Below are positions 28,425 to 40,803 of a stretch of DNA of 64,000 nt, one piece after another. Location: NCBI GenBank assembly GCA_964016885.1, contig OZ024743.1, positions 326,926,001 through 326,990,000 of the forward strand, written 5' to 3'. Position 1 is the first letter of the stretch. Each line of letters opens with the position of its first letter. Made by a program: the position numbers and the translations under genes. The notes below the pieces were generated by a model. That model saw nothing but the letters and a program-made list of their open reading frames with translations. It was not told the origin of the DNA and made no database searches. This DNA is from Eledone cirrhosa (lineage: Eukaryota).

Positions 28425-31051
28425 GGCTAAAATAAAATTATTTCAGTCATATAACACCTTAAATAGCTCAAATACTATAATTTTGTAGAGCTTCATTTTT
28501 GCAAAATTAGATTTAGGTGTAAAAATTTAGAGTATATTAAAAGTAAGCATTGCAAGCAAAAAATACATTTTAAAATAAAAATATAATTTCACCTACAAAT
28601 TCATGCTTATATCATGGTTTTGTTCCAGCAAAGAAATAGATATTAATTAAGATAATTAATTAATTAATGTGAGAGAGAGTTTTACTAGTTAGAACTAGTA
28701 AGACTATTATTCAATGGCAAAGTGGGCAGCTTGACCATTTTATTCTATAAAGAATGGTGTACTCAAACACAGAGATGCTATGAAATAGGGTGAAGACCCT
28801 TAAAGATGGAAAAAGTTGCCATCCTGATACAATTTCTCATAGTGGCCAATGGCAACTATTTTTCTGTTTTTTATTTTATAAGCTATTTTATAGTATTTCT
28901 GCACATGATGAGCATACCCTTTTTTATATTAAGTTTATCTCCTTAGTGCTTTGTAAAAGTCTGAGAGAGCAGCTAAGTGTGTGTGTGTTCATGTTTGTGT
29001 CTATGCATGTGAACTCAATGAAGTTATCTTATTTTAAGGGTTAGTTCTGTTTAGGGATTTCCTTTTGTTTGGTTTGTTTTTGTCTGGTTAGTAACAAATA
29101 AAGAAAAACAAATGAAAAGCTAGAAAACATTGAATAAAAAGTTATCAACTGAAAGCAGATATTGGTTTTGTATTGAAAAAGTTTATCAAAATTCAATTGG
29201 ACATGATTTATATATTTGTTTATATATATATATATATATATATATATCGCACAAACCTATACGTACATACACGCACTCAATATTGGGAACTTCACACTAT
29301 AAAAAGAAAGTTAATGCATGAGATAGATAACTCTTAGTAGAATGAAGAAATTATGTTTGTATTCTTAGTAAAATTAGATTGTGTGAGTGTATAAGGAAAA
29401 ATTATATATATTGTATCATGTTTCTGATACTGTGTTAACTAAAATCCCTGTTGAAAGGTCTCTGGTATGAAGGGGTTTTCTGTTATGATTTTAATTTTAT
29501 TTAACTGGGTAATTGTATTTTGTGTGGTGTATTTTTGGCTAGTTTAGGTTTGTTGTTGTTTGTTGGGTATAGTCGTATAAAAAAAAATATATATATAAGG
29601 AAAAAGACCAGAAATGGGGAAAAAATCACATCTCATGAAAGAATCATAAAAAGATAAAACACTTGTTATCCATATACTGTCAATGAGGTTTCCCCAATAA
29701 ACTTTCACCCATTATTATATATATTTTCTATAATTCCGCTTCCTCATAAAAAAAAATATAAAAAATTGTCAAACATCCCCCAAACACCCCCACCTCTTAC
29801 CGGAAGGTATAAAAAATAAATAAATAAAAATAAGTGCTAGACTAAAAAAAAGGGGAAAAAAAAGATAAGTAAACATTCTTGGTATCTTGTTTTGTTATTT
29901 TACAGTTTTCTAGAAGGATGTCTTATTGAAGTTTTAGAATTTTTAATATCATGAAATTAAAGATGTTAAACAGAGAAATTCAAGTGGAAAAAATTTTTTT
30001 TTTAAATTAAAATAAAAAATAACCTTTTCATGGCCATTTGTAATGAAATATACTATTTCAATTAATTAATGAAGAATTTTGAAGAATTTACTAAAATTTC
30101 ATTACTAAGATTGTAACTTAACATATGGTTCTTATATATAATTATGTTGGAAGATTTTTATTTAAATAGGAACCCTTTAAATGGGTAGTTTTGTTTCATA
30201 GAACCGGAGTTTATTTTGGCCAGAGTAACAAAAGAGTTTAAGGGATTAGGAGAGAAACTAAAGTGGGTAAAAAACAAAAACGAAAAAAAATATTTCTTTA
30301 AAAAAATTGAAGAAATATATAAATAGAGAAAATATATAAATGAAATCATTAACTCTTAACATCCTGTAATGATTTAGTAGCAAATATTTAAAAGGGGATT
30401 TGTTAATTCAAATATTTCTAGTATCTTATCAGTGGACAGATCATTGTGAAAATTTACAATATTAGAATAAAGACTTTAATTTTTTATGTAATGCAATCAT
30501 AGTGCTGTCTTGTAGTTTTCAAGAATGTCTTATGTGGTTTTATGTGGTACAGGATGTTTATAGTTAAAACCAATGGTGGTTAAAAATTTGAAATGAAAGG
30601 TTTATTATTTCCCTGCCAAAAGTAGTAGCTTGGAGGTTTTCAATAATATTTTAGAGCTAAGAGGAAAGAGATAGATAAATGGTGAGAGAGTTATACAATA
30701 TATACACACAGACACATACAATATATATATATCATCATCATTTTTACGTCCGCTTTTCCATGCTTCCATGGGTGTGTATGTATAAATATACACACCCATA
30801 TAAGTATATATCATCACCGTTTTACGTCCGTTCTCCACGCTAGCATGGGTTAGACGGATATATATATGTGTATGTATGTATATATTGCAAGCATGGAAAA
30901 TAGACGTTAGACAGTTACAATGATTATATATATATATGTATATATATATATAAGCATTGTAACTGTTTAACGTCTATTTTCCATGCTTGCAATACATACA
31001 TACATACATACATACATACGTACACACACACACATATATATATATACATAT

Positions 31052-31447
31052 TCTTATACTTTGGGAGGGTCATACTGCCAATAAAAACACATGCACCTGT
31101 TGGTTTTCACTTCAATTTATTATAAATTTCTGGTTGGTTGGTTCGATAACCAGATGGTTGGTTATATACTGTCAAAGGTCTTTTGTCACACATTCTGTGA
31201 CTTCTCCAGTGACTGGATTTTTATTTTGTGCCTCTCCATCTTGTTTTTATGTATTGTCAGAACAAAGGAGAGACACAAAATAAAAACCCAGTCACTGAGG
31301 TCACAATATGTGACGAAAGAGCTTTGGCAATATATAAACAACCATCAGGTTATCCAACCAACCAACTGGAAATTTATAATAAATTGAAGTGAAAACCAAC
31401 AGGTGCATGTGTTTTTATTGGCAGCATGACCCTCCCAAAGTATAACA
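31052..31447. mobile_element. Palindromic MITE with TGT..ACA-type ends and 4-bp TSD (Ginger-like)
   Basis: About 185-bp arms tcttatactttgggagggtcat... / ...atgaccctcccaaagtataaca, ATAT on both flanks; a related single end tgttatacttggggagggtcat at 49496. Confidence 0.8.
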
Positions 31448-31793
31448 ATATCTGTTTCAACACACATTTTCAGATAAGAAATCTTGCAAAACAAATTCAA
31501 AAACGAAGTATATATATATATAATCATTACTCGTTAAAATCTATTTTCCATGCTTGCAATATATACATGTATGTGTGTGCGTGAGTGTGAGTGTGAGTGT
31601 GTGTGTGTGTGTGGAGAAAGAAAGATGGATAGATATATGTATCTATATAGTCACACAGACAGAAGCAAACATTGAGAAAAATGGGTAGAAAACAGGTTTA
31701 TCTCAAATTTCCTGCTGGCTGAATTATAAAGAAAAAAATAGCAAATCACGTGTAAAAGAGAAAAAAAAATATCACAAGTAATGCTTAATTTAA

Positions 31794-31967
31794 CCCTTTT
31801 GATACTAAACTTCTTGAAACTCTCCCTAATTCTCTGATATAAGACTACTATTTATTTTAAAGTATTTATATCTATCTAAAAACCTGCCATCACAGTGTTA
31901 TGTAAGATTCTTTCTTAAATTATTCTCCAAATGCCAGTCTTTCATTAGAAATATAGTAACGAAAGGG
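31794..31967. mobile_element. piggyBac-type MITE (second family)
   Basis: ttaa-cccttttgatac ... gtaacgaaaggg-ttaa; decayed relatives near 13682..13927, 20530..20715 and 20800..20955. Confidence 0.65.
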
Positions 31968-32891
31968 TTAAGGATAAAGTATTTATAAAATATAACACAA
32001 ACAATAAAAACAAAAGGAAAGAACATGATTTAAGTGACAATGGATAACGATTTAGTGGGTAAATGAATCACTCAACCATAACATTATTGGTTGTTGTTGT
32101 GGTGGTGGTGGTGATAACACATGGGGTTGTTATATAAATGGCAAAACACGATAATGGACCTATGTCAGTTTCTACGATGAGTGTTCCAGTTGTTTGATCA
32201 ATAGAACAACCAGCTCATAAAATTAAAATCTAAGTGGCTGAGCATTCCACAGACATGTGCACCCTTAATGTAATTCTCAGAGAGATTCAGCATGATGGCG
32301 TATGACATGGTTGGCCCTTTGAATTACAGTTACAGTCCATCCGAAGGGCTTCCTAATAGTTCCCATCTACCCAATTTCACTCACAAGGCTTGTGTCAACC
32401 CGATGTTATGGTAATTGACACTTGCCCAAGGTGCCACGCAGTGGAATCAAACCCAGGACCTAATGATTGCAAAGTGAACTTCTTAAACACTCCGTCATGC
32501 TGCGCTACATAGATACAGTATAGTTTAGACACCATTACAAAATAATAATTAACAAAGAAAGGGTGGGAAAGCTACGTTCTAGCTTATTTTTCTTACATAT
32601 ATATATATACATATACACAGACATACATACATATATATATACATACCTACATACCTACATACATATATATACATACATACATATACATACACATACATAC
32701 ATACCTACATACATATACATACATATACATACATATATATATACATACACACATACACATACATACATATATATATACATACATACATACATATATATAC
32801 ATACATATATACATATATATACATACATATATACATATATATACATACATACATACATATATATACATACATACATACATACATACATACA

Positions 32892-32927
<36 letters not shown>

Positions 32928-32936
32928 TATACATAT

Positions 32937-33515
32937 GGTGGCTGCCAACTCGTTTTCGAGTACAGCCACTACTTTATATCCATGTAAAAGAACCCTTACC
33001 GATACGCTGAACGAGTGTGACGTTTTAGTCCAGCCAGCAACTTGAAAACTCTGGTACAAACACTACACTTGTGACAATTATTGACACATAGTGCTGGGCC
33101 CATGGTACCATGTGACGACAAGTGTAGAGAGATCTCCAGATATAAAGCAATGCCTGTGCCGTGAAGCTTTTATAGTGAGCAAAGGCACTGCACAAAGCCA
33201 GTCCCACTCTCTTAACCAAGATGATATTTACCAAAAAGAAGAACAAGTCAACATCATTGGATACCATCAGGGTTGCAGGTGTTATATCAGAGTTTTCCTT
33301 CTCCTAGAATTCTGCCTTGACAAAAGCTAAGGGGTCATCTCTCCTGGTGATTTTGGATGGCCATTGACTCTTAAGAGCTCCTTTGGCCTTTGACAGGTTT
33401 TTTTTTTGTCCTGCAGGATGTCCAAAGTCACCCTCCTCACCAAGAAACCTTGGTGGGGTTGCCAGTTTAGTCGCCAACGACCCGACCATGAGACAGGTTG
33501 TACTGGGATACATGT

Positions 33516-33517
<2 letters not shown>
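32937..33517 (-). mobile_element. Non-coding RTE-derived bipartite element (RTE 5'UTR-like part plus RTE 3' stem-loop)
   Basis: On -, ggcgactaaactggcaacccc and ctaggagaaggaaaactctg (RTE 5'UTR-type motifs); ends ctcgaaaacgagttggcagccacc-(at)n; deleted copies at 33657..33754 and 51751..52009. Confidence 0.65.
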
Positions 33518-33555
<38 letters not shown>

Positions 33556-33622
33556 CATACATATATATATACATATATATATATACATATATACATATAT
33601 ATATACATATATGTATATATAC

Positions 33623-33656
<34 letters not shown>

Positions 33657-33798
33657 GGTGACTACCAACTCGTTTTCGAGAATTCTGTCTTGACAAAGTA
33701 ATTTCGAGAATTCTGTCTTGACAAAGGCTAAGGGGTCATCTCTCCCGGTGATTTAAGATATATATATATACATACATACATTTATATATACATATATA

Positions 33799-34650
33799 CA
33801 GAAAAAGTTGTGCATGGATACTTGAGGCGTAAAACACAGACCATAGAGGGGATAAACCACTCAAAAAGCCTGGCATGGAGTTCCGACAGGTTTATGACAT
33901 CACACCTTGAGGGATATCTCTATGCAATACAGGAATAAGAACTCCCTACCAAATATCTGCTGCACAAAAGAGGAGGGCCAGCAGCTGACAATAAATGTAG
34001 GCTATGTAAAACAAAGATCGAGGATGTAAGCCACATTGTTGCCAGCTGCGAAAGAATGTCATCTCGCTACTACCTCCCCATGAGACACGATGGGATAGCT
34101 AGAACCATCTGGAACGCACTTCGGAAAACAAAATTAACAACAAACGAGGAAGAATATATTGAGACAGATGGCACTAAGGAATACTGGTGGAACCTGAAAA
34201 TAAAAACTGCCACCAAATTAAAGCACAACCGGCCTGATATTGTAGTTTGGGACCACACATTGAAAACGTGTTCTGTTGTGGAGATCAGCTGCCCACTTGA
34301 TGTAAACGTTGTCAGAAAAATACAGGAGAAGGAGGACATCTACGGACCATTGATGAGGAGTTTACAAATCCAGTAACCAAGATACACCTTTAGCTTCATA
34401 CCCATCATTATTGGTGCTACGGGTTATATACCAACCCGCTTGGACCAAAGTATGACTGAACTTGGATTTGCGGACAAAAATCGCAGCTCCCTAATTCATA
34501 GTCTACAAATGGCTGCGATAGCTGGCACCTTCAAAATTTGCAAAACATTCTTGCGATTCAAGGGATGACAATTTCTTTTCTTTTACAACCTTGCCACCAG
34601 GAAGGTGGGCAGTCAAAAAAATATACTCGAAATTAAGAGAAAGAGATAAC
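33799..34650 (+). mobile_element. R4/Dong-like non-LTR retrotransposon 3' fragment with restriction-like endonuclease
   Basis: CRLC-x8-H-x4-C knuckle, RHD, RPDIVVWD...VVEISCP...K..EK..Y, IPIIIGATG; two in-frame stops; microsatellite on both sides. Confidence 0.85.
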
Positions 34651-34811
34651 ATACATACATACATACATATATATATATATATACATACATATATATACAT
34701 ATATACATACATATATATACATATATACATACATATATATAAATATATACATACATATATATACATATATACATACATATATATAAATATATACATACAT
34801 ATATATAAATA

Positions 34812-35950
34812 TAACTTTGAATAACTTTGAATAACTTTGAAATGTTTTGGCCAGTATTGGCCCAGGCCATGTCTAACTTAATAGCACCACCTGGCGAAGT
34901 CTTTCAATTCAGGATTTGGGCACCATGGCCCATTCGAGAAGAGAATTACTGTTTGCGGAGACATATCCGGGTGTGGGTGGTTTGTCCGGGATTACTTGGA
35001 GGAATTTGTCCAAAGACTTCTTGAATTTTGTGTGGTCAGTTTCTGTTTTGACGTGTCCTGGTGTGATGTTGAAGAGAGCAGGGCCGATTGAGGTGAAATA
35101 ATTGTGCCGTATTGTTGTTATGAGTTGCGATTTAGATTTTTGAATGGGACGGATAGCACGGGGCCCAAGCCTTGGGTGTATCTTGAAGGCGATGCCAACA
35201 TCATTTGGGCAGTGATGATGGAACATTTTCCACATCATGCAGATAATATAACGCTCACGGCGACGTTGGAGTGAGTAAAGTTTCAGGTTTTCCAATCGAC
35301 CCCAGTAGTCAAGGTCTGACATGCCATCTATCTTTTTCGTGATTGCCCTTTGAGGAGCTTCAAGTTTCATGATACTTTGTTTCGTGTGGGGAGACCACAG
35401 TGGACAACAGTATTCAAGGTGTGGTCGGGCAAAAGTAGAGAAGAGAAGGATAATGGTGCGGGAATCTCTCGACTGGAAGGTTCTGAGGATCCAGGAACAC
35501 ATTCTGCGGGCCATGTCAACTTTGCTGCTTATATGCGTGGTCCAGCTTATGTTGCTGTCCACGGTTACTCCCAAGTCTCTGATGTTGTTAGATGCCACGA
35601 GAGTTTCCCCGGAGGGAAGGGAGTACGGGAGTTTCAGAGCATCCTCTTTTCCAAAGTGGATCAGTTCGAATTTGTCTTCGTTCAGTAACATGTTGTTCTT
35701 TTCTGCCCATTGGGTAACAGCCAGTAGGTCTGACTGAAGGCTTATCCGGTCATCCACGCCATTGATGACCTTTTGGAGCTTGGAATCATCAGCGAAAATT
35801 TTAATGTTGCTGTGTTTGATGATGTCAGTGATGTCATTAATATAGATGATGAAGAGAAGTGGGCCCAACACAGTGCCTTGTGGGACCCCACTACTGACTT
35901 TGGCTGGGCTTGATTTGACTCCCTCAACTACAACATGTTGGGTTCTGTTT
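34812..35950 (-). mobile_element. Young CR1-group LINE, 5'-truncated copy 1
   Basis: [31 protein letters not shown]; 3' tail (gttattcaaa)n; nearly identical to 36788..37919. Confidence 0.95.
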
Positions 35951-35996
35951 ATATATACATACATATATATATATTCATACATATATATATATATAC

Positions 35997-36030
<34 letters not shown>

Positions 36031-36346
36031 ACATATATACATATATATATATACATACATATATACATATATACATATATATATATACATACATATATAT
36101 ATATATATATATACATATATACATATATATATATACATACATACGTAGATATATACATACATACATATATACATATATATATATACATACATACGTAGAT
36201 ATATACATACATATATACATATATATATATACATACATACGTAGATATATACATACATACATACGTATATATATATATATATATATATACATACATACAT
36301 ACGTAGATATATACATACATACATACGTATATATATATATATATAT

Positions 36347-36377
<31 letters not shown>

Positions 36378-36398
36378 CATACATACATATATATATAT

Positions 36399-36433
<35 letters not shown>

Positions 36434-36787
36434 CACATACATACATATATATATATTCATATATATATATATATATATATATACATACATATATATATAT
36501 ATACAAACATATATATATATATACATACATATATACATACATATATATATATATACATACATATATATATATATACATACATATATATATATATACATAC
36601 ATATATATATACATATATATATATATACATACATATATATATATATATATACAAACATATATATATATATATATATACATACATATATATATATATACAT
36701 ACATATATATATATATATACAAACATATATATATATATACAAACATATGTATACATACATACATATATGTACATACATACATATATA

Positions 36788-39108
36788 TAACTTTGAATAA
36801 TAACTTTGAAATGTTTTGGCCAGTATTGGCCCAGGCCATGTCTAACTTAATAGCACCACCTGGCGAAGTCTTTCAATTCAGGATTTGGGCACCATGGCCC
36901 ATTCGAGAAGAGAATTACTGTTTGCGGAGACATATCCGGGTGTGGGTGGTTTGTCCGGGATTACTTGGAGGAATTTGTCCAAAGACTTCTTGAATTTTGT
37001 GTGGTCAGTTTCTGTTTTGACGTGTCCTGGTGTGATGTTGAAGAGAGCAGGGCCGATTGAGGTGAAATAATTGTGCCGTATTGTTGTTATGAGTTGCGAT
37101 TTAGATTTTTGAATGGGACGGATAGCACGGGGCCCAAGCCTTGGGTGTATCTTGAAGGCGATGCCAACATCATTTGGGCAGTGATGATGGAACATTTTCC
37201 ACATCATGCAGATAATATAACGCTCACGGCGACGTTGGAGTGAGTAAAGTTTCAGGTTTTCTAATCGACCCCAGTAGTCAAGGTCTGACATGCCATCTAT
37301 CTTTTTCGTGATTGCCCTTTGAGGAGCTTCAAGTTTCATGATACTTTGTTTCGTGTGGGGAGACCACAGTGGACAACAGTATTCAAGGTGTGGTCGGGCA
37401 AAAGTAGAGAAGAGAAGGATAATGGTGCGGGAATCTCTCGACTGGAAGGTTCTGAGGATCCAGGAACACATTCTGCGGGCCATGTCAACTTTGCTGCTTA
37501 TATGCGTGGTCCAGCTTATGTTGCTGTCCACGGTTACTCCCAAGTCTCTGATGTTGTTAGATGCCACGAGAGTTTCCCCGGAGGGAAGGGAGTACGGGAG
37601 TTTCAGAGCATCCTCTTTTCCAAAGTGGATCAGTTCGAATTTGTCTTCGTTCAGTAACATGTTGTTCTTTTCTGCCCATTGGGTAACAGCCAGTAGGTCT
37701 GACTGAAGGCTTATCCGGTCATCCACGCCATTGATGACCTTTTGGAGCTTGGAATCATCAGCGAAAATTTTAATGTTGCTGTGTTTGATGATGTCAGTGA
37801 TGTCATTAATATAGATGATGAAGAGAAGTGGGCCCAACACAGTGCCTTGTGGGACCCCACTACTGACTTTGGCTGGGCTTGATTTGACTCCCTCAACTAC
37901 AACATGTTGGGTTCTGTTTGACAGGAAGCTCTTGATCCACTGCAGCAGCTTTCCAGTGACACCAATATTGGACAGCTTTCGCAGTAGAATGTTATGATCA
38001 ACCCTGTCAAAGGCCTTGCTGAAATCAAGGTAGATAACATCAGTGTTGGAACCCTCTCCCAAGGCTCTCAAAATGTCATCAAAGTGATGCAGTAGCTGCG
38101 TCAGGCAATCCCTTCCATTACGGAATCCATGCTGGTTGGAGTTCAGCATATTGTTACTCTCAAGGAAGTGGGTCATTCGCGATCTCACCACTCGCTCAAA
38201 TACCTTAATGATATGAGAGGTGAGTGAGATTGGACGGTAATTCACGGCAAGGGATTTGTTTCCCTTTTTGAAAACTGGGACAACAGACTGGGATAGAAGG
38301 TTTTCTGGCACATATCCAGCATCCAGTGAGTTCCGCCACAGATTGGCAAGAGGAGATGCAAGTTGGTGTTGACACACCTTCAAGACACAAGCAGGGAACC
38401 TATCGGGACCTACTGCTGAATTATGCTTGATTTCCTTTATTGCCGCCAAGACATCAGGGGCGCCAAACGTTATGTCCGATAAGGTGTAATGGGGAGTAAC
38501 ATCGCCGATACAGCCCAGATCGGCCATATCAGGATTGCTGAAAACAGAGCAGTATTGTTTCTGCAGTATCTCACCCATGGTTTTAGCATTGTCTTGAAGA
38601 GTGCCATTTTCATCAATTAGAGGGCCAACAGTAGAGCCAGTGATTTTGTGTTTTTTTGCAAATGAAAAGAACACTTTGGGATTGAGTTTGATCTTCTCAA
38701 TGGCCCAGGCCTCTTCAGCTCTTCTCTGATTGTTGATGAGAGACATTATGTTGTTTTGGAGGTTATGTTTTTTAATCTCTAGTGATGAAATGGCAGTCAA
38801 GTTGATGTGTTGCTGCTGACAGTATTTCAGCTTGTTGATTTTTTTGTTCGTTCTCTTAATTTTTCTGATGAGTGTTTTTCTATTTCTAGGGATTCTGCTC
38901 TTAGATTTGTTTATAGTTCTTAATGGGGAGTGTTTAGCACATATGTTTGTAACAGTGTCCACAAATGTCTGCCAGGACTTTTTGATGTTAGTGGGTGTAT
39001 GAGTGTGCGTGAAGGACCAGTCGACATGTGCAAGATCATGACTGATCGCTTCCCAGTTTGCATTGTGGAAATCCATAGCGTCAAACGGATGGACAGGAGA
39101 GATGACAT
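36788..39108 (-). mobile_element. Young CR1-group LINE, 5'-truncated copy 2 (complete RT, open frame)
   Basis: Uninterrupted frame 39108 to 36878 with [29 protein letters not shown]. Confidence 0.96.
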
Positions 39109-39201
39109 ATACATACATACATACATATATATACATATACATACATACATATATATATATACATACATACATACATACATACATATACATACATACGTAT
39201 A

Positions 39202-39233
<32 letters not shown>

Positions 39234-39603
39234 CATATATATATATATACATATATATATACATACATAAGTATACATACATACGTATATATATATATAC
39301 ATACATACACATACATACGTATATATATATATACATACATACATACGTATATATATATATACATACATACATACGTATATATATATATATACATACATAC
39401 ATACGTATATATATATATATACATACATAAATACGTATATATATATATATACATACATACATACGTATATATATATATATACATACATACATACGTATAT
39501 ATATATATATACATACATACATACGTATATATATATATATACATACATACATACGTATATATATATATATACATACATACGTATATATATATATACATAC
39601 ATA

Positions 39604-39951
39604 CATCATCATTTCATCATCATTTCATTTTACGTCCGCTTTTTCCCTGCTTGCAAGGGTGGGACGGGAACTGATTCTGGCTTGATTTCTACAGCTGGAT
39701 GCCCTTCCTAACACCAACCTCATTTACAGTGAGTGCTGGGTGCTTTTTGGCTGTGGCACCTCCATGACCACTTTGCAGTGGAATGATATGGACCCCAGTC
39801 CCTATCATCTCATTTCTACAGCTGAGTAAACTGGAGCAATGTGAAATAAAGTGTCTTGCTCAAGGAAACAACACATCACCCGGTCTGAGAATTGAACTCA
39901 CAACCTTTCGATTGCAAGGCCAATGCTCTAACCACTAAGCCATGTGCCTCC
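39604..39951 (-). mobile_element. Full-length tRNA/CORE SINE with RTE tail
   Basis: Reverse complement of the 491..806 family with intact head and tail; microsatellite on both sides. Confidence 0.85.
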
Positions 39952-40223
39952 ATACGTATATATATATATACATACATACATACGTATATATATATATACA
40001 TACATACGTATATATATATATACATACATACATACGTATATATATATATACATACATACATACGTATATATACATACATACATACGTATATATACATACA
40101 TACATACGTATATATACATACATACGTATATATACATACATACATACATACGTATATATATATATATATACATACAAACGTATATATATACATACATACG
40201 TATATATATATATATATATATAT

Positions 40224-40803
40224 ATCATCATCATTATCACCGTTTTACGTCCGTTCTTCCACGCTAGCATGGGCTAGACGGGTTGTCCTGTTGTGGGCAG
40301 TGTCTGGTCGGCTGACCATGCCTTGCTCATACAGGAACTGATTTGGCTTGATTTCTACAGCTGGATGCCCTTCCTAACACCAACCTTATTTACAATGAGT
40401 GCTGGGTGCTTTTGTGCCGTGGCACCTCCACGACCACCTTGCAGTGGGGGGTGTGGGGGCATATTGTCTATATGCTTCAGCTTGTACCCATGGGAGGTCG
40501 GGTACTCTGTATTAGTGTGTGACACCAGAGGTCACGGTCATGTGTCATCGCCTTGGAGAGGTGTAATTGGGTAAGGTCGGCTTTTATCACCTCATCCCAG
40601 GTCATCTTGGGTCTCCCCACTCCGCGGTTTCCATCGCCTTCTAGTGCTCTGCACCTTTTTATGCAGCTGTCATCCTTCATACGCATCACATGTCCATACC
40701 AATCAACCGCCTCTCCTGCACACAGCATTTGATTCCTCTTATGCTCAGTCTCTCTCTCAATTCATTTATGCTTTGTCGTTCACGTATATTACTATTACAC
40801 ATC
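40224..40803 (-). mobile_element. RTE family A 3' end (host copy, left half)
   Basis: Reverse complement of about 42675..43300; continues at 43308. Confidence 0.92.

Noticed and set aside
19000-32500. Search for a second host gene
   Set aside because: Only decayed SINE/LINE/MITE pieces and AT-rich sequence; no exon with recognisable protein similarity, though small or UTR exons cannot be excluded.
33455-33517. Possible HDV-like ribozyme at the 5' end of the RTE-derived element (ccagt...ggcgactaaactgg on -)
   Set aside because: P2 and a CUAA-like strand can be drawn but no P1 helix could be built by eye; needs a descriptor search on the consensus.
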